A DNA stretch of 63,956 bases, the filler included, from Octopus bimaculoides (lineage: Eukaryota), in NCBI RefSeq assembly GCF_001194135.2. It is 7 parts of 6 records of this genome, joined end to end, with 100 filler letters (N's around TTAATTAATTAA, not from the genome) between each part and the next. Parts side by side here need not be neighbours in the genome. Positions count along the whole stretch, not along the records: positions 1 to 8,356 come from NC_069000.1; positions 8,457 to 26,907 come from NC_068981.1; 5 more parts are not named here. One strand, written 5' to 3'. Of this stretch, positions 1 to 12,440 are shown in pieces. Below the pieces are notes generated by a model that saw only the letters and a program-made list of their open reading frames with translations, made no database searches and had not been told where the DNA came from. The position numbers and the translations under genes are program-made. Numbering within the stretch: the stretch's first letter is position 1; each line of letters begins with the position of its first letter.

Positions 1-36
<36 letters not shown>

Positions 37-120
37 TGCATGTATGTATTTTGTATTTTGTATCTATTATGTATGTATGTATGTATTCGTATATATAAAT
101 GAAAAATGTATAAATAAACG

Positions 121-440
121 ACGTCTGATGCTCGGACGTTCCTCGCCCCAGCTCTCATTGTCTCTCACCTCTTCTCTAGCGTCCTTGAACCTCTTGTGCC
201 AACGAAAAAGCTACTCATAAGCGATCTGGAGCATTTCATAAGTTGCTGAAGCATTTTTGCACAGTTTAACAGAAAAACGTTACTGCATTGTGCGCTTCCA
301 GAAGTCCTGATGGCATTTTGCAAACCGGTCAACTCTGACAAACAGTGTTTAGTAGATTGTGTTCAAAGTGTTGTTACAGCTATCTACTATAATCTGGCAC
401 TAAAAAGGTGGCAGGTCAGCTTATTAGATGTATAGTAATG
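121..440 (-). mobile_element. Mariner-type transposon 5' remnant (degenerate N-terminal HTH of transposase)
   Basis: Minus-strand translation of 270->121 reads VKLCKNASATYEMLQIAYE*LFRWHKRFKDAREEVRDNE. This matches the mariner N-terminal pattern (KLGK.A.ETY.ML..AY...VF.WHKRFK.GRE...D.ER). ATG near 316; stop and deletion present. Confidence 0.75.
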
Positions 441-526
441 ATATACTAAAAATACAATAACCTAGGATAGTTGTAACTGCCTCTCGCAAAAAAATATGTA
501 AAAGCTTCTGTAATACAGTAATATAC

Positions 527-530
<4 letters not shown>

Positions 531-584
<54 letters not shown>

Positions 585-632
585 AGGGAGAGAGTGAGAT
601 AGAGAGAGAGAGAGTGAGATAGAGAGAGAGAG

Positions 633-682
<50 letters not shown>
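531..682. repeat. (GA)n microsatellite
   Basis: Direct reading of the sequence. Confidence 0.95.
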
Positions 683-685
<3 letters not shown>

Positions 686-1029
686 TTAAATTTTGTTGAA
701 ACATGACAACGGATTAGAAGTGGTCCTCTTTGAAGTCAGTCCTCAGAATATTTCGTAAGGTCAGAAGTCAGTCAGGACCCTATGACACGACATCATAACA
801 GGTTGTTGAACTTAATTGGACAGCTACCTTCTTATATATCGCGGGTTCGAATCTCCTGCCAGTGAACACTCTTCCTTTTTTACATTATTTCAGTTCTTTG
901 GGGTAAAAATTAAATTACCAGATTATTGGGAAGTGTAACCTAATATTATACGCAGGTGTCTAAGTGTTGCTTTAAGAGGAACTTGCATTAAGTCGACAAG
1001 GGTATGCGAAGCTGAAATCGGAATTGGAT

Positions 1030-1620
1030 AAGCTTACGTTACGATGAGATGAAACAGCGTTAGTACGAAGTTACTTTTAGATAAAGTTACGTTCTGGTGT
1101 CGTTTCGATAAGATGGAATGACATTTAAACAAAGTTGCGTTTAGACATCCAGTATTTGCATTATGATAAAGTCTCGATCAGACGAAGTGACATTCTAATA
1201 TATTGTTGCGTTAAGATGAAGTCACGATAAAATGAATTAATATTTAAGTTACGTTAAGATTAAATTATGTTATAAATTGGATACGAAATTTATAGTTGCT
1301 TTAGTATAAATTTACGTTACTCTAAAGTCACGATAAGAGGAAGTAGTGTTAATATAAAGTGACTTTCAGATAAAATTACGCTTGGATGAAATTACGTTGA
1401 AATGAATTAACATTTAAATAAAGTTACGTTAAGATTACGTTACGTTATGATGAAGTTGCGTCAGGATAAAGACCCGATGGGATGAAGTGAATCTGTAATA
1501 TAAGATTGTGAAGTCACGATCGGATGAAATGGTATTGATTTAAAGTTACTTTTCGGGTAAAATTACGTTGAGATGAATTAACATTTAAACAAAGTTACGT
1601 TAAGATTACGTTATGTTGCT
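1030..1620 (+). repeat. Degenerate tandem repeat, ~170-bp period, built from GTTAC/TTACG sub-units
   Basis: Block ATGAATTAACATTTAAA(C/T)AAAGTTACGTTAAGATTA recurs (degenerate) at ~1113, 1232, 1402, 1573. Confidence 0.7.
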
Positions 1621-1635
1621 ATGGCGTCACAATAA

Positions 1636-1681
1636 GGCGGCGAGCTGGCAGAAACGTTAGCAGGCCGGGCGAAATGCTTAG
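1636..1681 (+). mobile_element. SINE family B 5' head fragment
   Basis: GGCGGCGAGCTGGCAGAAACGTTAGCAGGCCGGGCGAAATGCTTAG matches the reverse complement of the family B heads ending at ~33811, 52490 and 62250. Confidence 0.8.
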
Positions 1682-2103
1682 AGTGCTTGGTGTATCAAAA
1701 AGTATTGTCTGGAAAGTAATGACAGCCTTTGAGAAAGAGGGAAAAACCTCGTCGAAAAAAAACTCCGGAAGAAATCCAACACTTTCAGATAGGGACCGTG
1801 GGACACTTACGCGAACTGTTAGAAAGGATCACAAAAGTACAGCTCCCAAAATTACTGTAGAGTTTAATGACCACCTCGAGAACCCAGTTTCCACAAAAAC
1901 TGTTGGCCGGGAGCTATACAAAGCCGGATTTCACGGGAGGGCTGCAATCAGAAAACTACTACTTTCAAAAACAAACGTTGCAAAGCGTTTAGAGTGGAGT
2001 AAAAACCTACGGAATTGGTCCCCAGAGCAGTGGAAGAATGTTATTTTCCCGGATGAGTTATCCTTTACCTTATTTCCGACCACCGGCCGAGTATACGTGT
2101 GGA
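1682..2103 (+). mobile_element. Tc1-family transposase fragment (HTH region to first catalytic Asp), truncated by gap
   Basis: LGVSKSIVWKVM...SGRNPTLSDRDR...VSTKTVGREL...GRAAIRK.LLSK.N...RLEW...WKNVIFPDE matches Tc1 DNA-binding and IFSDES-like motifs. Confidence 0.9.
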
Positions 2104-2939
2104 NNNNNNNNNNNNNNNNNNNNNNNNNNNNNNNNNNNNNNNNNNNNNNNNNNNNNNNNNNNNNNNNNNNNNNNNNNNNNNNNNNNNNNNNNNNNNNNNN
2201 NNNNNNNNNNNNNNNNNNNNNNNNNNNNNNNNNNNNNNNNNNNNNNNNNNNNNNNNNNNNNNNNNNNNNNNNNNNNNNNNNNNNNNNNNNNNNNNNNNNN
2301 NNNNNNNNNNNNNNNNNNNNNNNNNNNNNNNNNNNNNNNNNNNNNNNNNNNNNNNNNNNNNNNNNNNNNNNNNNNNNNNNNNNNNNNNNNNNNNNNNNNN
2401 NNNNNNNNNNNNNNNNNNNNNNNNNNNNNNNNNNNNNNNNNNNNNNNNNNNNNNNNNNNNNNNNNNNNNNNNNNNNNNNNNNNNNNNNNNNNNNNNNNNN
2501 NNNNNNNNNNNNNNNNNNNNNNNNNNNNNNNNNNNNNNNNNNNNNNNNNNNNNNNNNNNNNNNNNNNNNNNNNNNNNNNNNNNNNNNNNNNNNNNNNNNN
2601 NNNNNNNNNNNNNNNNNNNNNNNNNNNNNNNNNNNNNNNNNNNNNNNNNNNNNNNNNNNNNNNNNNNNNNNNNNNNNNNNNNNNNNNNNNNNNNNNNNNN
2701 NNNNNNNNNNNNNNNNNNNNNNNNNNNNNNNNNNNNNNNNNNNNNNNNNNNNNNNNNNNNNNNNNNNNNNAGTATAAAGGGAGGGAGAGGGAAAGAGCAG
2801 GGGTGACGCGGGGGAAGAACTGTCTCTTGAAACGGTGATCCATTTGGTTCCTTTTTAACTAACTACATCCCAATTTCTCGGTTTCCATTCAATTATAAAC
2901 AATACCCTGTTAGTACGTATATAATTATGTATGTATGTC

Positions 2940-2991
<52 letters not shown>

Positions 2992-3769
2992 CATACATTT
3001 ATATATATGTATATATATATGATGTATATAGATATACATATGTATGTATACGTATACCATTACATATGAATATATACATATTATACATATATACGTATAT
3101 AATTGTATATACGCGTGCGTGTGTGCATGTGTGTGTCTGTGTGTGTTCGCGCGCGCGTATGGATGTGATAAAATGATAGCGAAAAATTTGGCGAGCAGAA
3201 TATTTTATCCCTGTTACAGAGAACACACACACAGCTACAGACACTAACACACACACACATACACACACACACACTCGCCCTTACATACTTATATACTCAT
3301 ACGTACACACACATAAACACACGCAAAACAAGAATACAAAAATAGACGCAAGTGACAGAAGAATTGGATAAAAAAAGGAACAAAACCAAACAAACAAAAA
3401 AAGAGAGAATTCTTTTTCAGAAAGATTTGCAATTAGTCGCAAATATTGTTTTGTAATTTATGAAACATAAACATCTTAGGCAAAAAAATATTAATTATAA
3501 AAATATTTTTGATGAATATACCAACTCCCAGATATCGTTTCAATGTTATGTGAGATACAGGGGACACATGGGAGTAACGTGCGACCTAAGAGGGTTCGAA
3601 CCCTTTATAAGTTACTTGCCAAGAAGTAGTGTTACCTACTACCACATCTACACTCACATTAGTTGTGGCTTTCAATTAAAATCTCATCTTCGAGGTTTGG
3701 ATCACTAAAAATCTGAGGCGTTATCAGAATGTATTTGTTTTTGGTCTTTGTTGTTGCTTTTTGATTTTT

Positions 3770-3850
3770 TATTTGTTTTCAGCCATTACACTGCGGCCAT
3801 GCTGGAGCACCGGCTTGTAGGGCATTTAGTCAAAATGAATGAATCGATCT
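3770..3850 (-). mobile_element. SINE family A 3' fragment
   Basis: GTTTTCAGCCATTACACTGCGGCCATGCTGGAGCACC matches the family A tail. Confidence 0.75.
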
Positions 3851-3883
<33 letters not shown>

Positions 3884-4004
3884 NNNNNNNNNNNNNNNNN
3901 NNNNNNNNNNNNNNNNNNNNNNNNNNNNNNNNNNNNNNNNNNNNNNNNNNNNNNNNNNNNNNNNNNNNNNNNNNNNNNNNNNNNNNNNNNNNNNNNNNNN
4001 NNNN

Positions 4005-4052
<48 letters not shown>

Positions 4053-4717
4053 TTCATTCAGACTAAAGGAAAGAGGGTTTATGCTAAGATTACTCTCTCT
4101 TCAAGACGACTGAATTCATTGAACTTATCTATAAACTCTCCTATTGGCTAATTTTTGTCAGCACTGTCCCTCTCTATCTTAACTTATTCAGTGCTGACGC
4201 ATACTACGATAGTTATCATTTTAATTTTTTGTTTTGTTTGTTTGTTGTTTTTGGTCTTTTTGTTTTTTAGAGTGACGAAATACACGAGTGTGATGAAAGT
4301 GATGAGATAAATGGGAGTGAGGAAAGAGATGTGAGTGATGAAAAGAATGAGTGATGAAATTGATGAGAGAGATGAAGGAAATGAGATTGGTGAAATTGTT
4401 GTGAGTGATGGATGACATAAGAGTGACGTCATTGATGACAGACACTTCAATTCACGTTACTTGCCCAATTTATTACTCAGCTCAAAATAAATACCAGTCA
4501 TATAATGCGGCAGCCTTTCTCCTCCCTCCAGTAACCATATGCTCCACATTCCACCGGGTCAAAGGATGGGGTGGTGTCAAGAGGGGTCTCTATGCCTGCT
4601 TGTGACTATTATTAGTGAAAGCATCCTACACACTCCGAAACCCTATTTGTTCTCTGGTCACCGTTGGTTTTATATGTGTCTATGTATACATATGATGTGT
4701 ATATGTGTGTATGTGAA

Positions 4718-5020
4718 AGTGGTAAGCCTAGTTGTTAGAGTATTGCCTTCAACATCGCTAGATCGTGGTTTCGATTCGCGGCTCGAACGGTGCGATGTGT
4801 TCTCGAGCAAAACCCTCTTTCGTTTCACGCTGCTCCAGTCTACTCAGCTGTAAATGGGTCACCCCCGGACAGAGTAGTCGTCTGGTCGGAGGGCGGAGGA
4901 GCAAATATTGTCCGGCTTGCCGAGCCAACGGGGGGGGGGGCATCATCCGAAAGCTAAAACAATGCGAAGCGCATTGGGACAAGCGATATATGACAATATC
5001 AGACAGTCAGGTCGATACCC
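4718..5020 (+). mobile_element. tRNA-derived SINE family C (CORE-like middle)
   Basis: Box A/B-like head (TAGTTGTTAGAG...GGTTTCGATTC), then GAGCAAAAC...GCTCCAGTCTACTCAGCTGTAAATGGGT; tail shared with the 51988 copy. Confidence 0.75.
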
Positions 5021-6414
5021 TAATACATACATACATACGTGCATGCATGCATACATACATACATACATACATACATACATACATACATGCGTACGTACAT
5101 ACAGACATTTTTGTCTTTTGTGCTCGTTCAAATTGTCTGCATCATGAAATAACACCGAGGAACAGATGCTATCAGGTGGATGGGTTTCAAGATGCACAAG
5201 AAAGGCACTAATGCTTTAGCATCTTCATCATCATCATCATCATTTCTTCTTCTTCATTACCATCGACGTTCGTTGTCGTCATCATCATCGTCAATATTTT
5301 CAATATGGCTACACACAAATACACACACGCACACANNNNNNNNNNNNNNNNNNNNNNNNNNNNNNNNNNNNNNNNNNNNNNNNNNNNNNNNNNNNNNNNN
5401 NNNNNNNNNNNNNNNNNNNNNNNNNNNNNNNNNNNNNNNNNNNNNNNNNNNNNNNNNNNNNNNNNNNNNNNNNNNNNNNNNNNNNNNNNNNNNNNNNNNN
5501 NNNNNNNNNNNNNNNNNNNNNNNNNNNNNNNNNNNNNNNNNNNNNNNNNNNNNNNNNNNNNNNNNNNNNNNNNNNNNNNNNNNNNNNNNNNNNNNNNNNN
5601 NNNNNNNNNNNNNNNNNNNNNNNNNNNNNNNNNNNNNNNNNNNNNNNNNNNNNNNNNNNNNNNNNNNNNNNNNNNNNNNNNNNNNNNNNNNNNNNNNNNN
5701 NNNNNNNNNNNNNNNNNNNNNNNNNNNNNNNNNNNNNNNNNNNNNNNNNNNNNNNNNNNNNNNNNNNNNNNNNNNNNNNNNNNNNNNNNNNNNNNNNNNN
5801 NNNNNNNNNNNNNNNNNNNNNNNNNNNNNNNNNNNNNNNNNNNNNNNNNNNNNNNNNNNNNNNNNNNNNNNNNNNNNNNNNNNNNNNNNNNNNNNNNNNN
5901 NNNNNNNNNNNNNNNNNNNNNNNNNNNNNNNNNNNNNNNNNNNNNNNNNNNNNNNNNNNNNNNNNNNNNNNNNNNNNNNNNNNNNNNNNNNNNNNNNNNN
6001 NNNNNNNNNNNNNNNNNNNNNNNNNNNNNNNNNNNNNNNNNNNNNNNNNNNNNNNNNNNNNNNNNNNNNNNNNNNNNNNNNNNNNNNNNNNNNNNNNNNN
6101 NNNNNNNNNNNNNNNNNNNNNNNNNNNNNNNNNNNNNNNNNNNNNNNNNNNNNNNNNNNNNNNNNNNNNNNNNNNNNNNNNNNNNNNNNNNNNNNNNNNN
6201 NNNNNNNNNNNNNNNNNNNNNNNNNNNNNNNNNNNNNNNNNGCTTTCGATATAACGAGGGGTGGGGCAGCGGGGTGGGTGGTGGCGGTTAAACGGACCCA
6301 GCGTCTGGATTTCGGCAAACCACGTGTGCGTTTCTGTTGCCTTTTTTTTTATTTTGTTTTAAGCAAACACAAAACCACGACAATACCACACACATAAACA
6401 CACTTATACAGGAC

Positions 6415-6449
<35 letters not shown>

Positions 6450-6637
6450 CATATCCACACCTTCACACATGCATACGTACATAGCAACGCATATATAAAC
6501 ACATACACACACATGTGTGCATTCAAGTCAACATATACACACACATGCATAATAATTTGATATTTTTATGCACAACACACCAAGAATGGAGAATACACGA
6601 GCGCGTGTGTACACACACGCACACACACACACACACA

Positions 6638-6810
6638 TTTTTTTACTCTTTTACTTGTTTCAGTCATTTGACTGCGGCCATGCTGGAGCCCCACCTTTAG
6701 TCGAGCAAATCGACTAGCCTGGTACTTATTCTATCGGTCTCTTTGCCAAAATGCTAAGTTACATCGGTTGTCAAGTGATGTTGGGGTTACACAGACGCAC
6801 AAACATATAC
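6638..6810 (-). mobile_element. SINE family A 3' half
   Basis: ACTCTTTTACTTGTTTCAGTCATTTGACTGCGGCCATGCTGGAGC...TAGTCGAGCAAATCGAC. Confidence 0.85.
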
Positions 6811-8154
6811 ATACATACATACATACATACATATACATACATACATACATACATACATATACATACATACATACATACATATATATATATATANNNNNNN
6901 NNNNNNNNNNNNNNNNNNNNNNNNNNNNNNNNNNNNNNNNNNNNNNNNNNNNNNNNNNNNNNNNNNNNNNNNNNNNNNNNNNNNNNNNNNNNNNNNNNNN
7001 NNNNNNNNNNNNNNNNNNNNNNNNNNNNNNNNNNNNNNNNNNNNNNNNNNNNNNNNNNNNNNNNNNTATATATTCAAGTAAAGGTTATAAAAAGAGAGAA
7101 AGAGGGTGTACATAAGTTACTGACAGAGGAGGATTTGTGCGCCATTCGTGGCTTTTCTCTTTTTCTCATTCTATTTCTGTATCTTCACCAGTAGATGATG
7201 GATCGACACGTTGATACGAGGAACTATCAATTTATGCATAAAGTGATAAGGGCGAGGTGTAATCTATAGAGCACCATTTCTTGATAAAAATTATAGTTGA
7301 CTCCGCCAGGATTTGAACGTTCTTAAAAAGAGGTTTGGTTACTTAAGAACTGTCAATGTACTAATGCCGTTAGATTGAGTTCTAGAAATTAATTAGAAAC
7401 ATATAATGTGTACGTGTCTCATCTACGGAAAAAATTGATCTTCAATAAAGCGACCGATTTCTTTGTAGATCAATTTTGACTACTAATAATTTCTCGTATG
7501 ATGAAACAACAGATAATTTAGCATATGAAATTATGAAAACTATATGATATCACTTTATATTATGTAATACATTACGTGCAAATAAATTGCCATGCTACTG
7601 AAACATTTGTAACATGAATTGAGATGTTTTTTTGTTTCATTTCTTCACCGCGTGACATGTGCAGCTGATGTTGTTACAGTGAATGGAGTTGCAGAATACC
7701 TAACATCATGAAAGAAGTCGAGGTTGCATCGCTTACTTCAATAACTGGATGACAGAATAGGAATCTTCATCAGTAATCCTAGAGTAGAATGCTAACCAAA
7801 TATACGCTGGAGGCTATGAAGTTGATAAACACGATCTTTAAGATACAAAGCAATATATATAAATATGTATGTATGTATGTATGTATGTATATATGTATGT
7901 ATGTATGTATCTATGTATGTAGTCAACCTGACCCTTTTTATTGTCAGTTTCTATATTTCTGCATTTCATATTTTGATTATAACTGTATTTTGTTTGTTAC
8001 TATATCTACGAGTTTAGTTGGAAGTGACACATCACTTTGTGTATGAAGCATCACTCACACTGAGTGAAATAGCAGTATAGGAACTAACAAAGGATTTATT
8101 TAAACAATCACTTGAGGAGGTACATTTTACATTTTAACGATGCGTACTGCCTTA

Positions 8155-8345
8155 ATTCTTCGAAACGCCGGAGTTTTAATGGTGGCAGCTGATGAAGGGG
8201 ATGTTTCTATGTGGCCTGCTTGTTTGTTGCACGTTGTTTACCATTTTGTCCATGTTCTTTTGCCACGTCATGTACCCAGTTATGTATCTATATGTACATG
8301 TAGATGAATGTATATACATACACGTACATATATATGCATATACTT
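8155..8345 (+). repeat. Dispersed ~190-bp repeat (Penelope-terminal-like), inverted relative to 15805-16012
   Basis: Reverse complement aligns with 15805-16012 (CCTTCATCAGCTGCCACCATT, GGACAAAATG, CAGGCCACATA shared). Confidence 0.75.
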
Positions 8346-8356
8346 TTATATATATA

Positions 8357-8456
8357 NNNNNNNNNNNNNNNNNNNNNNNNNNNNNNNNNNNNNNNNNNNN
8401 TTAATTAATTAANNNNNNNNNNNNNNNNNNNNNNNNNNNNNNNNNNNNNNNNNNNN
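8357..8456. other. Artificial 100-nt gap spacer (44N + TTAATTAATTAA + 44N)
   Basis: Identical structure at 8357, 26908, 55510, 57407, 60522, 62359; the 12-mer has stops in all six frames. Confidence 0.95.
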
Positions 8457-8513
<57 letters not shown>

Positions 8514-8719
8514 ATACACCTGTGCGAGTGTGTGTATACTTACAAATACCAATTAATGAATGACAAAAGAACAAGTGTAATGTAATCACTTTTATTAGCT
8601 TATTTCGGATTGGTCGTTAAGGACGATTGTGAAAGCGGATTTAGGGATAAAATCAGTCGAGATTTGATGACAACAGCCACTCTTAAGTGCTACAGACAAA
8701 GTCTTCGTTTGATCAGACT

Positions 8720-8759
<40 letters not shown>

Positions 8760-8898
8760 ACTGTATAGGTTGTGATCAACTACCAACACGATGGAGTTTG
8801 CGCCACTTCGCAAGAAAACATCATCGACGGTGTCAGAACACATTTCAAGCGAGAGAAACCAACTGGTTTCATTGTTTAGACTGCTGTTTCTTATCATG

Positions 8899-9493
8899 GA
8901 TTTGTGTGAAGTTAGAAAGTTATTGACAACGTTTTAGATGTAAGACAAAATAGTCTGATACTAATAACAGAATAAAAGAATTAAAAGAGTAATATATGTA
9001 TACATGTATGTATGCTCATATATACGTATATCTATGTATTCATACTTGGATTTCTATATATGTACATAGATGTCTGCGTATGTTATGTCTAGATATGCGG
9101 ACACTAATCATGAGTGTTTAACTACAATATATTCGTTCATATTTATGTATATTTTTGGTCAGTATGTGTATGTATTAGGATGTAAATCTGAGATTGTGCT
9201 TGTGTGTGAGCGTACACCACACATACGTAGATATAGTGTGTGTGTGTGAGAGAGTGTGCGTGCGTTTGTGTGTGTGCATGTGTGTATTTATGTGCATATG
9301 TTGGGTTTGTTCTTATGTGTTTATACGCGTTTGTTGTATATGTGTGTGTGTTACATTTGAACATAAAGAATCACGTCCAGTCATGCTACATTGAAATTTC
9401 AATGTACGTCTAATTGAACTGAATCATTTATATTATTAGTTTATATTTTTGATATCGTAATCATCATCATCGTCATCATCATCATCATCATTG

Positions 9494-9525
<32 letters not shown>

Positions 9526-9535
9526 TTATTATTAC

Positions 9536-9578
<43 letters not shown>

Positions 9579-9993
9579 GCGATTATAATACCATTAATGT
9601 TGTTGCTGCTGCTGTTGTTAATTTGCGACTATATTTTAGCAAACCATTTGTCATTGAAACGTTTTCTGTTGCTTTCATTTTCCTCGCCAGAGAACGCTTC
9701 ACAATCAAATTTAGCGTAGCATAAAGCGCCACCTGTTGTTAATTGCACTCCCAACAGAATATACATCAGACAACATATTCGTAAAGGGACATAATTACAG
9801 AAATAATCTTATCGCCTAAACAAATGAAAAACAAAAAAAAATAGCTGCTAATGATGATTATTTTCCTAATCATTAATGTTGCTTAACGTTTCCAGATAGA
9901 TTTGTGTGGAATTAGAATGTTATTGACAAGGTTTTAGATGTACGACAAAAGAGTGTGATACTATTAAGAGAATAAAAGAACTAAATGAGTAAT
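8899..9993 (+). repeat. 95-bp direct repeat pair (8899-8993 and 9899-9993)
   Basis: Ungapped manual alignment, 11 mismatches in 95 nt. Confidence 0.85.
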
Positions 9994-10446
9994 GAATTTG
10001 CTAATGTGTGTGTTTAATAAAGGTAAATATTATTCTAACAAAATCAAATAATATTCTTGCTCATACACGATATCACATAATTTGTGTTTTAATTTATAAT
10101 TTAGGCACCATGCATTTGAATCGCATACATATACATATATACTTGCGTGTATGTGTGTGTGTAATATATAAATACTATACGTATAGGGAGGAGGAGGGAG
10201 AAACGGAGAGAGAGAGGAAGAAAGTGATGGAAGGAGAGAGATGGAGGGAAAGGGTGAGAGAGGAAGAGAAGAATAGATAGATTGGTACATACATGCATAC
10301 ATACATACGTACGTACATACAAACATACGTACGTACATACATACACTTGCATGTAGGTCGACATTTAGACATTTAGACATTTAGACAGACAGACAGACAG
10401 GTAGACAGGTAGACAGAAAGATAGATAGGCAGGCAGAACACAGTCT

Positions 10447-10502
<56 letters not shown>

Positions 10503-10649
10503 TGGAGGAAATATCTATCTATGGAGAGAGAGAGAAAGAGAGACAGAGACAGAGACAGACAGACAGACAGACAAACACAAAGAGACAGAAAAACAGAGGA
10601 CAGAAGAACGAAGGGAGGGGGGATTATCAAGAGCTTCTTTCCATTGAAC

Positions 10650-11415
10650 TTGAATGTGGCTCGGCCCAGTCTGTTACTTCTGGTGAGTAGCCCCTTAATT
10701 ACGCTGCACATTTCCTGTTTCGAATACGTCTTTGGCTTCCGTCTGACAATAATGACCGACCATGGATGAAGTCCTAATTGTCGCCCCAGTGAAACAGCAT
10801 TGTCTGCGGCTAAACAGCCCGATGCACGAATGGCAATCTCTGCCACACAAGCCCCGTTCGTGGACTATCCCGGTACATTTTCATTTGTAGTGCTCTCTTC
10901 TGTCTCTCCGGTATAGGGTATTTGATGGGATTCAAGTCCGGGCAGTATGATTTAGAGGGCAGGATGTTGCCCCTACAGCGTGTCCTCCCTCTCTACGTCG
11001 CTGATGGCTCCAAAAGAACAGCACAGCCGTTACAATTTGCCATCAGTGTCATCACAGAAGTTGCCAGAACGAGGTTGTAGACTACGTCGAACTACCGCAA
11101 GGGCTTCGACACACGACTTTTCTTCAGGGTTAACACCCGAAGCCTTTCCTATGGCTGGGTGTGATCGCAAGGCGGTGGAGGTCTGGAATCAGGGTTGGGT
11201 TACCCACCCACCAACCAGCCCAGGCTAAAGAGCTCTATTTGTCCGACTGACTTGCTGTGTAGCCCATAGCTTGGACTTTGACAGATGCTACTACTCTGAG
11301 TCGGAGTAGCTCTGAGTAAAATAGTGGTTAAGAGGTGGTTCCGCATACCTCAGAACTCTGTTACTCTCGAACCAGGGCCCCATTACTAGATGCCGTTTAA
11401 AATCATACCCGAGAC
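10650..11415 (-). mobile_element. RTE-clade LINE 5' UTR / ORF start remnant
   Basis: Minus strand carries RTE/Expander-like 5'UTR motifs recognised from memory (GAGCTCTTTAGCC, GGAAAGGCTTCGGG..TAACCCTGA.GAAAA, ACAACCTCGTTCTGGCAACT); GC-richer than flanks; no intact APE/RT. Confidence 0.55.
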
Positions 11416-12254
11416 ATAATACATACAGAATTACCGGTAAGTTAAATCGGAGTCCTCAGTATTCGCTCGAAAATATTTTGTCTTCCGATTTTGTCGATTC
11501 TTTACCCTTTACTTTGGTTTTGAATGGTTTCAGCCAAGGGTTGTGGCCATTGTTATCCAGCCAAGGATGTTCAAAAAGTGGAGTTAGTTCAATGCACTCT
11601 GCGTCCACTGTGAATATTTTCATCAGCACAGGTGTGTTTTTGTAATCTCTGAGTAACCAACAAGATCCAAATTTCCTGCGGTCGATTTAAGCGTGTAGAT
11701 GTAAGTGTATTGAATATATATTAGATTTCTAACTCCTAGTTCTGAATAAGCCAGGATTCGAACTTTTTTCAACCCACAAGTAGATGGTGGATTTTTCTTT
11801 GTGGCAGTCGTGGAATCAAGCGTATCTGCGATAATGAAATATCGACACTTTTATAGTTTTATTGCACGGGAGGTATAGCATGGAGGTCGTGAAATTCCAG
11901 TCCTATTCGCAGTTGCACTCTTCGTTACCACGGCGTATAAGAGGTGAAGTTTTGTTGATCTTCGAAAACGAGCAACAATCAACGTAGAAGTGCTCACATT
12001 CGAATACAAGTTCAAAGCTTTTGGACAACGTTAACGGCACGGAGAAGAAAGGCATGCATGTACGCATAACTTCTTGTCTATTATTAAATAATACTTTCTT
12101 GGCTTGTGATTGAAGAGGGACTTCCATGATCTATGATCTCACAGACATAAGGAGACCTCGGAATGAAATGCAGTTTTTCAATTATTATCATGCAACAAAT
12201 AGATATTCCTATGTCTTTCCTAAATCTTTCGAAATGAGTCAGTGAGAGAGACCT

Positions 12255-12440
12255 CTACGTGGACGGTCAGCATCCAGAAATAGCAACCAATGTCTATCAA
12301 TTTACACTCTACGTATCTTTAAAAAAATTAGGACACATTGAGTATTGCAATCTTGAACATACCATGTTGCAAACAGAAAGACAGTATAGTCACGGCTGAA
12401 ACGTACGTCTCTGATCCTATGTTATATCAAGCAAACCCGG
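12255..12440 (+). repeat. Old dispersed repeat family D
   Basis: AGAAATAGCAACCAA and AAAGACAG.ATAGTCACGGCTG motifs recur at ~39060-39260, 47995-48170, 48215-48260, 48690-48770. Confidence 0.5.

Noticed and set aside
2870-2912. Possible right TIR of the Tc1 element (..GTTTCCATTCAATTATAAACAATACCCTGT)
   Set aside because: No matching left TIR and no clean TA duplication; the gap intervenes.
11470-11690. Minus-strand frame RKFGSCWLLRDYKNTPVLMKIF...EHPWL resembling kinase subdomains
   Set aside because: Only ~60 codons between stops; the motifs are out of kinase spacing (HPWL would be far C-terminal); no splice support.
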